Part shown: positions 17,668 through 28,501 of the stretch, piece by piece
Layout: each line of letters opens with the position of its first letter
Numbering within the stretch: the stretch's first letter is position 1
NCBI GenBank assembly: GCA_964369115.1
Contig: CAYJED010000004.1
Coordinates: 16,428-80,427 of the forward strand
Direction of reading: 5' to 3'
DNA: 64,000 bases
DNA from: an uncultured Candidatus Saccharibacteria bacterium
GTDB taxonomy: Bacteria > Patescibacteriota > Minisyncoccia > Phycocordibacterales > UBA5272
The notes under the pieces: model-generated
Told to the model about the DNA's origin: nothing
Database searches by the model: none
Seen by the model: the letters and a program-made list of their open reading frames with translations, nothing else
Translations under genes and position numbers: made by a program

Positions 17668-18558
17668 ATGAAGACATTGATACCGCAAAGCGAGTTTTAC
17701 CTCGAAACCATTAATGAGTATAAGCGTAACGGAAAAGCTATTGCTCACTTTAATATTTCTAATCTTGATCAAGCGCGTGCAATTGCAGAAGTTGCACAGG
17801 AACTTAATCAGCCTGTTATTATCGGTGCTTCAGAAGGGGAGCGAGAGTATATGGGTGTTGAAATGGTGCGTACTATCGTTACTGAGCTTAATGAAGAGTA
17901 CGATGTGCCAATTTTCTTAAATGCAGATCATACCTATTCACTTGAGAAAGTAATGGAAGTGGTAGAAGCAGGGTATGATAGTGTTATCGTAGACGGCGCT
18001 AAACTTTCTTATGAAGAAAATGTTGCTCTTGTAAAAAGTTGTGTAGATTGGGTAAGGGTGTATGAACAGAAAACAGGTAAGCGTGTACTTGTAGAAGCAG
18101 AACTTGGGTATATTGGTCAGTCATCATCACTTAACGCAGCTCTTCCAGAAGGGGTGAGTGAAGAAAATATTACAACTCCCGAGCAAGCAAAAGATTTTGT
18201 GCTTCGCACAGGTATTGATATGTTTGCTCCGGCAATTGGAAATGTGCATGGCATGCTTATAGATGCTCCGATGCCAAAGTTACACATCGATCGTCTTTCA
18301 GCTATCGCTACTTCAGTAGATACTCCACTTGTGCTTCATGGCGCATCTGGAAATACAGATGAAGATCTCTCTCTAGCAATTAAGCATGGTATCGCTCTTA
18401 TTCACATTAACACCGAGATTCGTAAAGCGTTCCGCGATGGTGAGATGAACTACCTCGAAGAACATCCAAATGAAGTTGCACCATATAAGTTTGGTCGCGA
18501 AGGTCAAGAAGAAATGAAGAAGGTGGTGCGTGCAAAGATGGAACTATACGTTAAGTAA
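17668..18558 (+). CDS. fba: class II fructose-bisphosphate aldolase
   Basis: FNISNLDQARAI, LNADHT, VLHGASG and GIALIHINTE motifs of class II FBA/tagatose-bisphosphate aldolases. Start taken at the ATG at 17668; it is divergent from pfkB across a 43-bp spacer. Confidence 0.8.
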   Translation: MKTLIPQSEFYLETINEYKRNGKAIAHFNISNLDQARAIAEVAQELNQPVIIGASEGEREYMGVEMVRTIVTELNEEYDVPIFLNADHTYSLEKVMEVVEAGYDSVIVDGAKLSYEENVALVKSCVDWVRVYEQKTGKRVLVEAELGYIGQSSSLNAALPEGVSEENITTPEQAKDFVLRTGIDMFAPAIGNVHGMLIDAPMPKLHIDRLSAIATSVDTPLVLHGASGNTDEDLSLAIKHGIALIHINTEIRKAFRDGEMNYLEEHPNEVAPYKFGREGQEEMKKVVRAKMELYVK

Positions 18559-18562
18559 TAAT

Positions 18563-18588
18563 AAAACCGACACATCTGTGTCGGTTTT
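18563..18588. terminator. bidirectional rho-independent terminator
   Basis: aaaaccgacacatctgtgtcggtttt. Confidence 0.6.
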
Positions 18589-18598
18589 ATTATATGTG

Positions 18599-19081
18599 CT
18601 ACACAATTTTTGAGATGTATTCCCCGACTGTGTACGCTATAAAAGCGCACGTGCTTCCAATTGCTACAGACTGTAATGCAAGTGTAAGGGGGTTCCTTTT
18701 TAGAATTTTTGCACGAAGGAAACCTATAAGAGCAAAAGTAATTATAGTAAATAGTGTTGAGAGAACAAACTTATTTGCTTGTATCGCGAAAATAATTGGT
18801 AGAAGTGGAATAAAACCAATAACAGTAAATGACGTAAATGTTGCAAGCGCATCTTTAAATGCTTTCTTTTCATTTTCTTTCACCTGAGAGTCCTCTGCCA
18901 GATAGTCAGCAGACGCCATAGAAAATCCATCAGAAAAAAGGTTTGCAAGACCAAGAATAATAATAACCCTTGTATCAAGCCCAGCACCTACTGCTCCTGC
19001 CATAACTGCAAAGGTAGTAACTGCGCCGTCAGATCCTCCATAGACGAGGCTAGGGAGGTATTTTTGAATAGTTTCTTTCAT
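18599..19081 (-). CDS. VIT1/CCC1-family membrane protein
   Basis: LVYGGSDGAVTTFAVMAGAVGAG near the N-terminus plus several TM helices. Confidence 0.55.
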   Translation of the reverse strand: MKETIQKYLPSLVYGGSDGAVTTFAVMAGAVGAGLDTRVIIILGLANLFSDGFSMASADYLAEDSQVKENEKKAFKDALATFTSFTVIGFIPLLPIIFAIQANKFVLSTLFTIITFALIGFLRAKILKRNPLTLALQSVAIGSTCAFIAYTVGEYISKIV

Positions 19082-19136
19082 AAAAAATAGTATATACTAA
19101 AAATACATTTATTTATATTTATCGATATTTACTATT

Positions 19137-20279
19137 ATGCAGCACGATTACAACAAAGAAGCGTTAGAGCTCCATCTTAAGCATCATGGAAAAATTGAAG
19201 TAGTGGCAAAAGTTCCACTTGAAAACAGGGATGATCTATCAAGAGCCTATTCTCCTGGTGTTGGGGAAATTTCAAAAGTAATTGCTGAAGATGTTTCTAA
19301 AAGTTATGATCTTACGCTTAAAGGAAATACTGTTGCAATTATTTCAGATGGATCAGCTATTTTAGGGCTTGGTAATCTCGGAAGTCATGCTGCTATTCCT
19401 GTTATGGAAGGGAAGGCTGCAATTCTTAAAACGTTTGCTGGAGTTGATGCATTTCCAATTTGTTTAGATACACAAGATACTGAAGAAATTATAAAAGCTG
19501 TGAAGCAGCTTGCTCCAGTGTTTGGTGCAATTAACTTAGAAGACATTGCAGCGCCTCGGTGCTTTGAAATAGAAGAACGTTTACGTCGTGAGCTCTCTAT
19601 TCCTGTAATGCACGATGATCAGTGGGGGACTGCAACGGTGGTGCTTGCTGGACTCATTAATGCTCTTAAGGTAACTGATCGTACAAGAAAAGATGTTCGC
19701 ATTGTGGTAAATGGAGTAGGGGCGGCAGGGGTTGCTATTTCAAGGTTACTTCTCTCGTATGGATTTTCACACATACTCTTTTGTGATAGTAAAGGAATTG
19801 TACATAGTGATCGCACTGATCTCACAAAGGAAAAAATCGAACTTCTTTCTAAGAGTGAAGAAAAAGGATTTGAAGGATCTCTTTCTCAGGCGGTACAAGG
19901 GGCGGATGTTTTTATTGGAGTATCAAAAGCAGGGGCTCTCACCGAAGAGACGGCCCGTAGTATGAACAAAGATGCAATTGTATTTGCTCTTGCAAACCCT
20001 GTTCCTGAAATTATGCCAGATGTTGCTCGTGAGGCAGGGGTGGCTGTTATTGCAACAGGGCGCAGTGATTTTCCTAATCAACTTAATAACTCCCTTGTAT
20101 TTCCTGGAATATTTAAGGGAATGCTTGCAAAAAGAACTGCACAGTTTACCGATGAAGTATTTATGAAAGCGGCACTTGCGCTTGCTGCTCATGTAAAAAA
20201 TCCTACAAGAGACATGGTGCTTCCGACGATGTTTGATAAAGAGCTTGTTTCAGTAATTGCTCGTTCTGTACAAGAATAA
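19137..20279 (+). CDS. NAD(P)-dependent malic enzyme (short form)
   Basis: YSPGVG, the AAxxIPVMEGKA region, GAGAAG and a HDDQ(W)GTA-like stretch. 380 aa. Confidence 0.8.
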   Translation: MQHDYNKEALELHLKHHGKIEVVAKVPLENRDDLSRAYSPGVGEISKVIAEDVSKSYDLTLKGNTVAIISDGSAILGLGNLGSHAAIPVMEGKAAILKTFAGVDAFPICLDTQDTEEIIKAVKQLAPVFGAINLEDIAAPRCFEIEERLRRELSIPVMHDDQWGTATVVLAGLINALKVTDRTRKDVRIVVNGVGAAGVAISRLLLSYGFSHILFCDSKGIVHSDRTDLTKEKIELLSKSEEKGFEGSLSQAVQGADVFIGVSKAGALTEETARSMNKDAIVFALANPVPEIMPDVAREAGVAVIATGRSDFPNQLNNSLVFPGIFKGMLAKRTAQFTDEVFMKAALALAAHVKNPTRDMVLPTMFDKELVSVIARSVQE

Positions 20280-20382
20280 AAACACCTTACGTATTCATGG
20301 GATAGGTAAGGTGTTAAAGGTTTAATTTTTGTTGACGGGTGATATCTCGCAGCTCTTGATAAAGCGTTTTAATATAGGATGT

Positions 20383-21045
20383 TCAACTGGGAGACATAGA
20401 TTCTTGTGTTATGTTTCTAAAGACAATAGCTGTTACAGCTTGCTCATACTTTGGAAACCATAGCTCAGTTTCTTTTATTTTTTGTTGAGCTTTTTCATTT
20501 CCCATAGCCTTAATCGTCCACATGTTGTCAATTCTGTCCTCAGCTTTCACAATAAACGGACGCCACGACTTTGTTTCCAGGAGGCGTGCATGGTACATCT
20601 CATTGGTTTCGCTAATATGTTTTTGTTTTGTAACACACCAAGTGTCCTCTGCTACTTTAGTGCCAAGAAGCAATTGAACATGTGACATTTCAAGAACAGA
20701 ATGGACGTGTCCTCGGTTTTTGGCAACCTCCTCGAAACAGTCGTGAACAATTATCTCAACGATACATAAGACGTCAAAAACTCTAAACTTTTTCTGTCTT
20801 TCAATCATTCGAATCGCTGAGCGCACAATATGAAAAATGTACGCTTCGCCACTTGATCTCGGAGGAGTATCTACATGGCCGTCAAAAGCAATATCAAATG
20901 CGGTATCGATAAGTGTGAGACATTCTTCGCTAAAAGGTGTTCCTGTAAGACTCTTATGAATAAGAGCTCTCAGGTTTTCTCGTACTGGTTCACGCTGATT
21001 GATGCCATACATGAGACGAATAAACGATTGCTCGCTCATGGTCAT
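20383..21045 (-). CDS. HD-domain protein, RelA/SpoT-type (p)ppGpp hydrolase-like
   Basis: IVHD...E and KAEDRIDNMWT (compare KLADRLHNMRT of SpoT HD domains). Confidence 0.5.
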   Translation of the reverse strand: MTMSEQSFIRLMYGINQREPVRENLRALIHKSLTGTPFSEECLTLIDTAFDIAFDGHVDTPPRSSGEAYIFHIVRSAIRMIERQKKFRVFDVLCIVEIIVHDCFEEVAKNRGHVHSVLEMSHVQLLLGTKVAEDTWCVTKQKHISETNEMYHARLLETKSWRPFIVKAEDRIDNMWTIKAMGNEKAQQKIKETELWFPKYEQAVTAIVFRNITQESMSPS

Positions 21046-21137
21046 AACCCCTTAAGTAAAAGAACAAAGTACTCAAACACTACAATATTTTTTATGGTAA
21101 GTCAAAATACGTTTTTTGTGGTAAAGTAGAAACTACT

Positions 21138-22358
21138 ATGTCATTTTCTTTTGAAATCACTAAACGCTCTGAGGAAGTTAAGCTTGCTCGGGCGGGGGTC
21201 ATTCATACACCCCATGGAGATGTTCTTACACCTGCTTTTATTACTGTTGGCACAAAAGCTACTGTAAAGTCGCTTACTGTAGAAGATGTAAAAGATCTTG
21301 TCGGATCTCAGTGTGTTCTAGCAAATACCTATCATCTTTACCTTCAGCCAGGGGATGAACTTGTAGCGCGTCATGGAGGTTTTGCAAAAATGATGGGTTG
21401 GGAAGGTCCAACATTTACTGACTCAGGTGGATTTCAAGTGTTTTCACTCGGGCAGGCTATTGGTCACGGAGTGAGTAAGATTGCGACATCAGATGAGATT
21501 AGTAAACGGGAAACCTCTGAGCAGGAAAAAGAAAAAACTCATGAACGTCTCGCGAAAATTGATGACGACGGAGTAACGTTTAAGTCTGTTCACGATGGGT
21601 CGGAACACAGATTTACTCCAGAGCGTAGTATGCAAATACAGCACAATCTGGGCGCTGATATGTTTTTTGCATTTGATGAATGCACTTCCCCGCTTGCTCC
21701 AGTTGAATATCAGAAGAAAGCAATAGCACGAACCCATGCTTGGGCAAAAAGAAGTTTAGACGAACATAAGCGTCTTGGTGTTTCTTCGGCAACAGGGAAG
21801 CAGCAAGCGCTTTTTGGTGTGGTGCAAGGTGGGTCCTATGAAGAACTTCGTAAGGAGTCTGCGCGAGTACTTGGAGCAATGGACTTTGATGGATATGGAA
21901 TAGGGGGCAGTTTTACTAAAGAAGACATGGGTACAGCAGTGCACTGGGTAAATGAAATTCTTCCAGAGGGTAAGCCACGACATTTGCTTGGTATTGGAGA
22001 ACCTCTTGATATATTGCTTGGTATTGAAAATGGTGTTGATACCTTTGATTGTGTTGCGCCTACGCGTATTGCTCGTAATGGTGCAATTTATACTCGTGAT
22101 GGACGCATCAATCTTAATAATGCGCAGTTTAAAGAAGATATGTCTCCACTTTCAGATGACCCATCATGGTATACCCATCGTTATACAAAATCTTATGTGG
22201 CGCATCTTTTTAGATCAGATGAAATGCTTGCAGCAACACTTGCTTCTGTTCATAATCTTCGCTTTCTAACTGCGCTCTGTGAAGAAGCAAGAGAACATAT
22301 TCTTAAGGGAACATTTTTGGAATTTAAAGAAAATTTTATTAAGCGGTACTACAAATAA
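21138..22358 (+). CDS. tgt: queuine tRNA-ribosyltransferase
   Basis: TPAFITVGTKATVK, GGFQVFSLG and LGIGEP motifs. 406 aa with an insert relative to minimal Tgt. Confidence 0.8.
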   Translation: MSFSFEITKRSEEVKLARAGVIHTPHGDVLTPAFITVGTKATVKSLTVEDVKDLVGSQCVLANTYHLYLQPGDELVARHGGFAKMMGWEGPTFTDSGGFQVFSLGQAIGHGVSKIATSDEISKRETSEQEKEKTHERLAKIDDDGVTFKSVHDGSEHRFTPERSMQIQHNLGADMFFAFDECTSPLAPVEYQKKAIARTHAWAKRSLDEHKRLGVSSATGKQQALFGVVQGGSYEELRKESARVLGAMDFDGYGIGGSFTKEDMGTAVHWVNEILPEGKPRHLLGIGEPLDILLGIENGVDTFDCVAPTRIARNGAIYTRDGRINLNNAQFKEDMSPLSDDPSWYTHRYTKSYVAHLFRSDEMLAATLASVHNLRFLTALCEEAREHILKGTFLEFKENFIKRYYK

Positions 22359-22410
22359 TAAAAGTAAGTAAAACAAAAGCGCCTAAGGAGGGCGCTTTTC
22401 ATTTCTTGAG

Positions 22411-22752
22411 CTATTCTTCGTTCATGATGTGGTGGTAGACATCTTTTGTGTAAATGACTCCGTAGACAAAAGCTCCGATTAGTAATGTGATGAACCACTT
22501 ACCTACCGCTCCGCTACCATACACAAGACCGCTACTTGCTATAGCAGAAAGAAGAAACGACAGCAAGTAGGTTTTTTTTATTACGTTAGATATATTCTTC
22601 GTTACACACAAGACACTTAGAGATTTAGCAGGAATGGTGTTTTTATTTTTTTCACCGTAGAGTACTTGGTCTCCGTTCCAACCAAGTACTGCTGAGAGAA
22701 TTCCACAGCTAAGTATTACAAATGTCACAAGCCACGTAATGAGCTGTTCCAT
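22411..22752 (-). CDS. small membrane protein
   Basis: 113 aa with three hydrophobic segments. Confidence 0.35.
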   Translation of the reverse strand: MEQLITWLVTFVILSCGILSAVLGWNGDQVLYGEKNKNTIPAKSLSVLCVTKNISNVIKKTYLLSFLLSAIASSGLVYGSGAVGKWFITLLIGAFVYGVIYTKDVYHHIMNEE

Positions 22753-22816
22753 GACTATTCTCCAAAGAAAGGGTTTAGTATCAGGTCCTTTTTGATGCTA
22801 TAATTGATTATCATCT

Positions 22817-24865
22817 ATGTCAAGCAATCAGAAAAAAACTGAAGGTTCTTTTGTTCTTAAGGGGTTTGTTCCTGCTGGAGATCAGCCAAAAGCAATTAAA
22901 GGTCTTGTTGAGGGTCTCAAGAAGGGTCTTAAAAAACAGACCCTCTTAGGTGCCACTGGAACAGGAAAGACATTTACTATTGCAAATGTTATACAAGAAG
23001 CACAAAAGCCCACACTTGTTATTGCTCACAATAAGACACTTGCTGCTCAGCTTGCACAAGAGTTTAGAAGTTTTTTTCCGGACGCTGCGGTTCACTACTT
23101 TGTTTCGTATTATGACTACTATCAGCCTGAAGCATATATGCCAGTTACTGATACCTATATCGAAAAGGATGCACAAATTAACGAAGAGATTGATCGTCTT
23201 CGCCATGCTTCCACCCAAGCTCTCCTTACACGCAAAGATACAATTATCGTGGCGTCAGTATCATGTATTTATGGTCTAGGTTCACCTGAAGATTATGAGC
23301 GAGAGAACATGCTTATTAAGCTAGGTGATGCAACCACTAAAATTGAGCTTATGCAACGCTTCGTTGCTATCTACTATGAGCGCACAAATGCCGATCTTTC
23401 ACCGGGAACATTTAGAGCTATTGGTAACCGTATCGACATTATGCCAATTTCTGAAACGGTTATGCTTCAGATTGAAATTGCCGGAGGAAAGATCTCGTAC
23501 CTTCAAATTGTTGATCCAATTTCTATGAAGGTAATCAAGGAAGTAAATGAATATTTTATTTTCCCGGCAAAGCACTTTATTTCTGATATCCCAACTCGTG
23601 AAAGAGCTGTTGCAACCATCGAAGAAGAGCTCAAGCTTCGACTAGAGGAGCTTGATCAGCAAGGAAAGATACTTGAAGCAGAGCGTCTCAAGCGTCGTAC
23701 TCGTTATGATGTAGCAATGATTCGTGAGGTTGGTTTTTGTCAGGGTATAGAAAATTACTCACGACATCTTTCTGGTAAGGATCCTGGTGTTGCCCCAGAT
23801 ACTCTTCTTGAATATTTCCCTCACGATAAGGATGGAAAGCCAGAATTTCTTACTATTATCGACGAGTCGCACGTGACTCTTCCACAGCTTCATGGAATGT
23901 ATGCAGGGGATCAGTCTCGTAAAGGAACGCTTGTTGAGTATGGATTTCGACTCCCTTCAGCAAAAGATAACCGTCCACTTCGCTATGAAGAATTTGAAGA
24001 GCGCATCAAAGAAGTGATTTATGTAAGTGCGACACCTGGAAATTACGAGAGAACAGAATCTGAACAAGTCGTGGAACAGATTATTCGCCCAACAGGGCTA
24101 CTGGACCCTGTACTTGAAGTTCGTAAAGTAAAAGAAGTTACTTCATACAAAGGGCAGGTACATGACTTTATTGATGAAGCAGTGAAGGATGTTAAAAAAG
24201 GTGGGCGAGTGCTTGTAACAACACTTACCAAAAAGATGGCTGAAAACTTAGCTGAATATCTTCGTGAGCAAGGAGTAAAAGCAGAGTATGTGCACTCAGA
24301 TGTAAAGACTATTGACCGCATCCAGATACTTACTCGTTTTAGAAAAGGGGAATTTGATTGTCTTGTAGGAGTTAACCTTCTTCGCGAAGGACTTGATCTT
24401 CCTGAGGTGACACTTATTGGTATCTTAGATGCTGACAAAGAAGGATTCCTTCGTTCAGAGACGTCACTTATTCAGACTATCGGTCGTGCTGCGCGTAACT
24501 CGGACGGTCGTGTGATTCTCTATGCTGATGTGATGACAGGGTCACTTGAACGAGCTATTGCAGAAACAAATCGTCGTCGCGGTATTCAGGAAGTGTACAA
24601 CAAAGAGCATGGTATTACCCCAACAACAATTAAGAAACATATTCACGACATCACTGAAGAGCTTCAAAGTAAGCATGCTAAGGCTGTAAATGAAGAATTA
24701 AGCGTTGATCAAAAACTCTTTAAGAAAAATCCAGATAAGTTAATTAAGCTTAAAGAAAAGCAGATGAAGGAAGCGGTGAAGATTCTTGATTTTGAAACTG
24801 CAGCGATACTTCGTGATGAACTTGAGGTGCTTAAAGAGAGGCTTTCAAATAAAGCTGATAAATAG
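22817..24865 (+). CDS. uvrB: excinuclease ABC subunit B
   Basis: GATGTGKT Walker A, the beta-hairpin YYDYYQPEAY, the DESH box, a helicase C domain and a C-terminal UVR domain. Confidence 0.95.
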   Translation: MSSNQKKTEGSFVLKGFVPAGDQPKAIKGLVEGLKKGLKKQTLLGATGTGKTFTIANVIQEAQKPTLVIAHNKTLAAQLAQEFRSFFPDAAVHYFVSYYDYYQPEAYMPVTDTYIEKDAQINEEIDRLRHASTQALLTRKDTIIVASVSCIYGLGSPEDYERENMLIKLGDATTKIELMQRFVAIYYERTNADLSPGTFRAIGNRIDIMPISETVMLQIEIAGGKISYLQIVDPISMKVIKEVNEYFIFPAKHFISDIPTRERAVATIEEELKLRLEELDQQGKILEAERLKRRTRYDVAMIREVGFCQGIENYSRHLSGKDPGVAPDTLLEYFPHDKDGKPEFLTIIDESHVTLPQLHGMYAGDQSRKGTLVEYGFRLPSAKDNRPLRYEEFEERIKEVIYVSATPGNYERTESEQVVEQIIRPTGLLDPVLEVRKVKEVTSYKGQVHDFIDEAVKDVKKGGRVLVTTLTKKMAENLAEYLREQGVKAEYVHSDVKTIDRIQILTRFRKGEFDCLVGVNLLREGLDLPEVTLIGILDADKEGFLRSETSLIQTIGRAARNSDGRVILYADVMTGSLERAIAETNRRRGIQEVYNKEHGITPTTIKKHIHDITEELQSKHAKAVNEELSVDQKLFKKNPDKLIKLKEKQMKEAVKILDFETAAILRDELEVLKERLSNKADK

Positions 24866-25236
24866 TTTTCTTTTTAAGATTCATTTTTAAGAATATTTTT
24901 TGCTTTCAACGTAGTGCATTTGTTTTTATTTGTAAGTGGTTTTTGTTTTTAGCTTTCCATCGAAAAAGACGGAATAATTTCTTGCTATAAATTTTCCTCT
25001 GCCTCGGCTCGTCAGCCTGCGGCAAGCTTTTTCTCACGGAAAGCTCGGAGTTATTTGGATACAGGGGTCATGTCTAGGCCTTGCCTAGACACATAGGCAA
25101 GGCCTATGTAATTTAGTGTTTTTTATTTAAAAAGCTTTACACATTAAGCATTTTTGTGCTATTGACTTTTATATAAAAATATGCTATTATATAGATAGTA
25201 TCTGATCTTTGTTTTTATACCTCTGAAAGGTAAATC

Positions 25237-25632
25237 ATGAAAGCTGTTAAGATTTTCGTTGCCGCTTCCTTCCTTGTAATGATTTCGTTTTTTGGTTTCC
25301 GTTACTTTAGCGAAACTGAGAACCAAAAAGTCAACTCCTTCATCCCAAAAGATGTTCCTCCTTTACATCTCGTGAAGGCAAATCAAAATATTTACCCTCA
25401 ACCGGTAAACATGGTTTCTCTCGTTATTTATTTTGAAAATGAGGTCACCGATGTACAGGAGTTTGCCAACAGGGTTTACTTGTCGGAGGGCATTGTTGAG
25501 TTTCGTGCGGGCAAAGGAGGGAAAATCTTTCAGATTCTGTTTGACCCTGGTTACACGAGTCATGCAGATCTTATTACTGCAGTGTATTCAAGAATTGATG
25601 ACCCTTCGCTCTTTGTTAAAAAAGAGCTTTAA
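25237..25632 (+). CDS. hypothetical secreted/membrane-anchored protein
   Basis: 131 aa with an N-terminal TM segment. Confidence 0.35.
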   Translation: MKAVKIFVAASFLVMISFFGFRYFSETENQKVNSFIPKDVPPLHLVKANQNIYPQPVNMVSLVIYFENEVTDVQEFANRVYLSEGIVEFRAGKGGKIFQILFDPGYTSHADLITAVYSRIDDPSLFVKKEL

Positions 25633-25782
25633 ACACCCGACACCCGCCAAGCATCTGCTTTGGCGGGTGCTTTTGTTTCCATTAGAGCTTTGCCAACAAG
25701 ATATTTTTATAATTTTATTATCTTTTTCAAAGAAATCCCATATTTTGCAAGTTTTTATAAGGAAGCGTATACTAATTATTGT

Positions 25783-26313
25783 ATGAAAAGATATGTACCG
25801 ATACTTATAGGAATTGTTGCTCTTTGTGCCGTATTATACGTAGGAAGTACCCAGACAGGGGAAGATAAGGTTGTAGTAGAAGCTGAAGAGACTACAGAGC
25901 TCACTTCATTTAAAGGAACAGTAACTCGTGCTATTACAGATGGTGAAGCAGTGCTTCAGTATTCATTTGATATGCCGCTTACTGCAACAGCTACAGTTGA
26001 GCGCGACGGCGCACTTGTAAAAGTGACTGACGCTGACGCTCTCTTGGCTGCGGTATATATGAGCTACGAAGGTGCTCGTAATTATTCACCAGCACAGTAT
26101 ATTGCAAATGTTCTTGTGCCAAATGTAAGCTCAGTAACTGACGCAGGTACTGTTTCTACAGGTCTTTACGAATGGACTGTTGTTGAATCAGAGTGGACCA
26201 CATGGCATGTTGCTCGTGCTGACACTGAGGGTAAGTGGCTTTTCGTTGTTGAATCAAAGAAAGCTGACGTTGAAAAAGTACTCCCACTTCTTGAAAGTAT
26301 TTCAGGAAACTAG
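25783..26313 (+). CDS. hypothetical secreted protein
   Basis: An ATG at 25783 follows AAGGAAG. A signal/TM segment is followed by a Thr/Val-rich domain. Confidence 0.4.
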   Translation: MKRYVPILIGIVALCAVLYVGSTQTGEDKVVVEAEETTELTSFKGTVTRAITDGEAVLQYSFDMPLTATATVERDGALVKVTDADALLAAVYMSYEGARNYSPAQYIANVLVPNVSSVTDAGTVSTGLYEWTVVESEWTTWHVARADTEGKWLFVVESKKADVEKVLPLLESISGN

Positions 26314-26405
26314 TCTTTAGTCTTTATTTATTAAAAAAGAAAACACGGCATGTGCCGTGTTTTCTTTTTTTGAATGACTAGCATAAACATGCTAGAGTGG
26401 ATGGT

Positions 26406-27437
26406 ATGAGTAAAAAAGTCTTTGTGGGAATGTCTGGGGGAGTTGACTCCTCTGTATCGGCTGCACTTCTTAAAGAAGCTGGATATGATGTGACTGGTGT
26501 TTTTATAAAAGTATGGCAACCAGACTTTATAGAGTGTACTTGGAAAGAAGATAGATTAGATGCGATGAGTGTTGCGGCGACATTAGATATCCCATTTCTT
26601 ACGCTTGATCTTGAGAAAGAGTATAAAGAGGGGGTAATTGATTATATGATCAAGGAGTACAGAGAAGGAAGAACTCCTAACCCAGATGTTATGTGTAACC
26701 GTGAAGTAAAGTTCGGTGCTTTTTATGCATGGGCAAAAAAAGAGGGTGCTGACTATGTAGCAACAGGGCATTATGCTCATCATAACGGTGTATCGCTTGT
26801 AAAAAGTGAAGATGAATTAAAAGATCAAACATACTTTTTGTGGACATTAAAAAAAGAAATTATTCCCCATGTTCTTTTTCCTGTTGGACAAATGGAAAAG
26901 TCTAAAGTACGAGAAGAAGCAAAGCGCTTTAATTTACCAGTTGCAGACAAGAAAGATAGTCAGGGATTATGTTTTGTCGGAACAATTGATATTAAGACTC
27001 TCCTTAAGGAATATATTGAAGAAAAGAGAGGAGATGTAATAAATGAAAGCGGGGAAGTGATCGGGTATCACGACGGAGTAACATTCTTTACGCTTGGCGA
27101 GCGTCACGGTTTTACTATTACAAAGAAAAGCACAGATGATACTCCGTATTTTGTTATTGCAAAAGACTTTGAAAAAAATACACTCACTGTAGCTCATACA
27201 CCAAAAGAAGAACAGAAGGGGGAGATTATAACAGTTCACTCAGAAAATTTTACACTACCAATTGTACAAGGTGCTCTCTATGAGGCGCGTGCTCGTTATC
27301 GCGCTCCTCTTGCCCGCGTAGAAGCGGTGAGCTCTACTTCATTTAAAGTACTTGAGGGTTCACTTGTAGCAATTAGTGGTCAATCGCTTGTGCTCTACGA
27401 TAAAGAGGTTTGTATAGGAGGAGGGGTGATAGTGTAA
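26406..27437 (+). CDS. mnmA: tRNA-specific 2-thiouridylase MnmA
   Basis: PP-loop SGGVDSSV and the later Cys motifs. About 343 aa. Confidence 0.85.
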   Translation: MSKKVFVGMSGGVDSSVSAALLKEAGYDVTGVFIKVWQPDFIECTWKEDRLDAMSVAATLDIPFLTLDLEKEYKEGVIDYMIKEYREGRTPNPDVMCNREVKFGAFYAWAKKEGADYVATGHYAHHNGVSLVKSEDELKDQTYFLWTLKKEIIPHVLFPVGQMEKSKVREEAKRFNLPVADKKDSQGLCFVGTIDIKTLLKEYIEEKRGDVINESGEVIGYHDGVTFFTLGERHGFTITKKSTDDTPYFVIAKDFEKNTLTVAHTPKEEQKGEIITVHSENFTLPIVQGALYEARARYRAPLARVEAVSSTSFKVLEGSLVAISGQSLVLYDKEVCIGGGVIV

Positions 27438-27483
27438 TATTTTTAGATAGAAGAAAATCGGTAAGGCAAAGCCTTACCGATTG

Positions 27484-27828
27484 TTAGCTAAAGAGACCAC
27501 CCTTTAGTTGTTTGTAATCTTCTATTTTTGAAAGGCACATGACGGAAGCAAGTTGCAGTGTACGGGTTTCAATCTCCAGAGTTACTTCTTTTCCAAGGGT
27601 AAATGGAAGCGGCGCCCCAAGTCCTTCGTGCCAGTGATTGCAAATGTGTGGAGCACCACCGTGAGGACTTTCTAGACGATGGTCTTCAAAAAGGATGTAC
27701 TTCTTTTCTTTATTGGGAAAGACACACTCAACAACAATTACTTTTTCATTTGTTTTCACAGAAAAAGTAATTTTATTTTTTCTGCATATCTCAAGCGCTT
27801 GACGCGTAAGATGTTTCATCGATCTCAC
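27484..27828 (-). CDS. hypothetical protein
   Basis: 114-aa ORF with a His/Cys cluster (HICNHWHEG). Confidence 0.3.
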   Translation of the reverse strand: MRSMKHLTRQALEICRKNKITFSVKTNEKVIVVECVFPNKEKKYILFEDHRLESPHGGAPHICNHWHEGLGAPLPFTLGKEVTLEIETRTLQLASVMCLSKIEDYKQLKGGLFS

Positions 27829-27878
27829 AGCTTCTCCTTGTGGGTAAAGGTAAAGGGGCGACCGAAGGTCGCCCCTTT

Positions 27879-28445
27879 TCAGGCGGTAATGTTTTCTGCA
27901 AGGAAAAGACTTTCAGCCACGGAGCGGCTATGCGTTTCCGCGAGTAGCCCTACAAACATTTCCGAGGTAACCGTAATTACATCTTTGTCTTGAAGCTTTC
28001 GTAGATGTTCTGCACGGTAGAGGTTTCCGTAGTGGCTTCGCATCATTGCTTCGTCTGCATAAGCAAGTTCATGCATCTGAATGTCGCAGCAATGGCCGAG
28101 TTCAAAACGAATACCGTAAGGAAGAAGAGCCTTATTGATGTGATGTCGCGTAGAGCCTGCCATGGCAAGATGCATCACAGCCTCCTCGATTCGCATCGTT
28201 TCCCTGCTGATATAACGCTTGTGCCTGTGGTAGAGAGCAAACGGAACAGCAAGAAAGATGAAGTCTTTCGTCCCGGCAGCGTGATCTGCAAAGAGAAGTA
28301 CTGCCTTGGCTGCATCTTCAGGAATGTGAGTTTCCTCACACACAAGAAGAATCGCGTCCACGGTCTCCTTACTCAGGTGCTTGAAAGCGCTTTGCGGAAC
28401 AGGAAAGCGGGTTTTCCGAGTCGGATTACGAACAATGCCACACAC
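27879..28445 (-). CDS. hypothetical protein (moderately GC-rich)
   Basis: 188-aa ORF with no recognised family, followed by a terminator hairpin at about 27845..27872. Confidence 0.3.
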   Translation of the reverse strand: MCGIVRNPTRKTRFPVPQSAFKHLSKETVDAILLVCEETHIPEDAAKAVLLFADHAAGTKDFIFLAVPFALYHRHKRYISRETMRIEEAVMHLAMAGSTRHHINKALLPYGIRFELGHCCDIQMHELAYADEAMMRSHYGNLYRAEHLRKLQDKDVITVTSEMFVGLLAETHSRSVAESLFLAENITA

Positions 28446-28501
28446 GATGTATCTCCTTTAAGGTTGAGAAAGAACGAGGTCTACCAGCATATGCAAAAGC
28501 T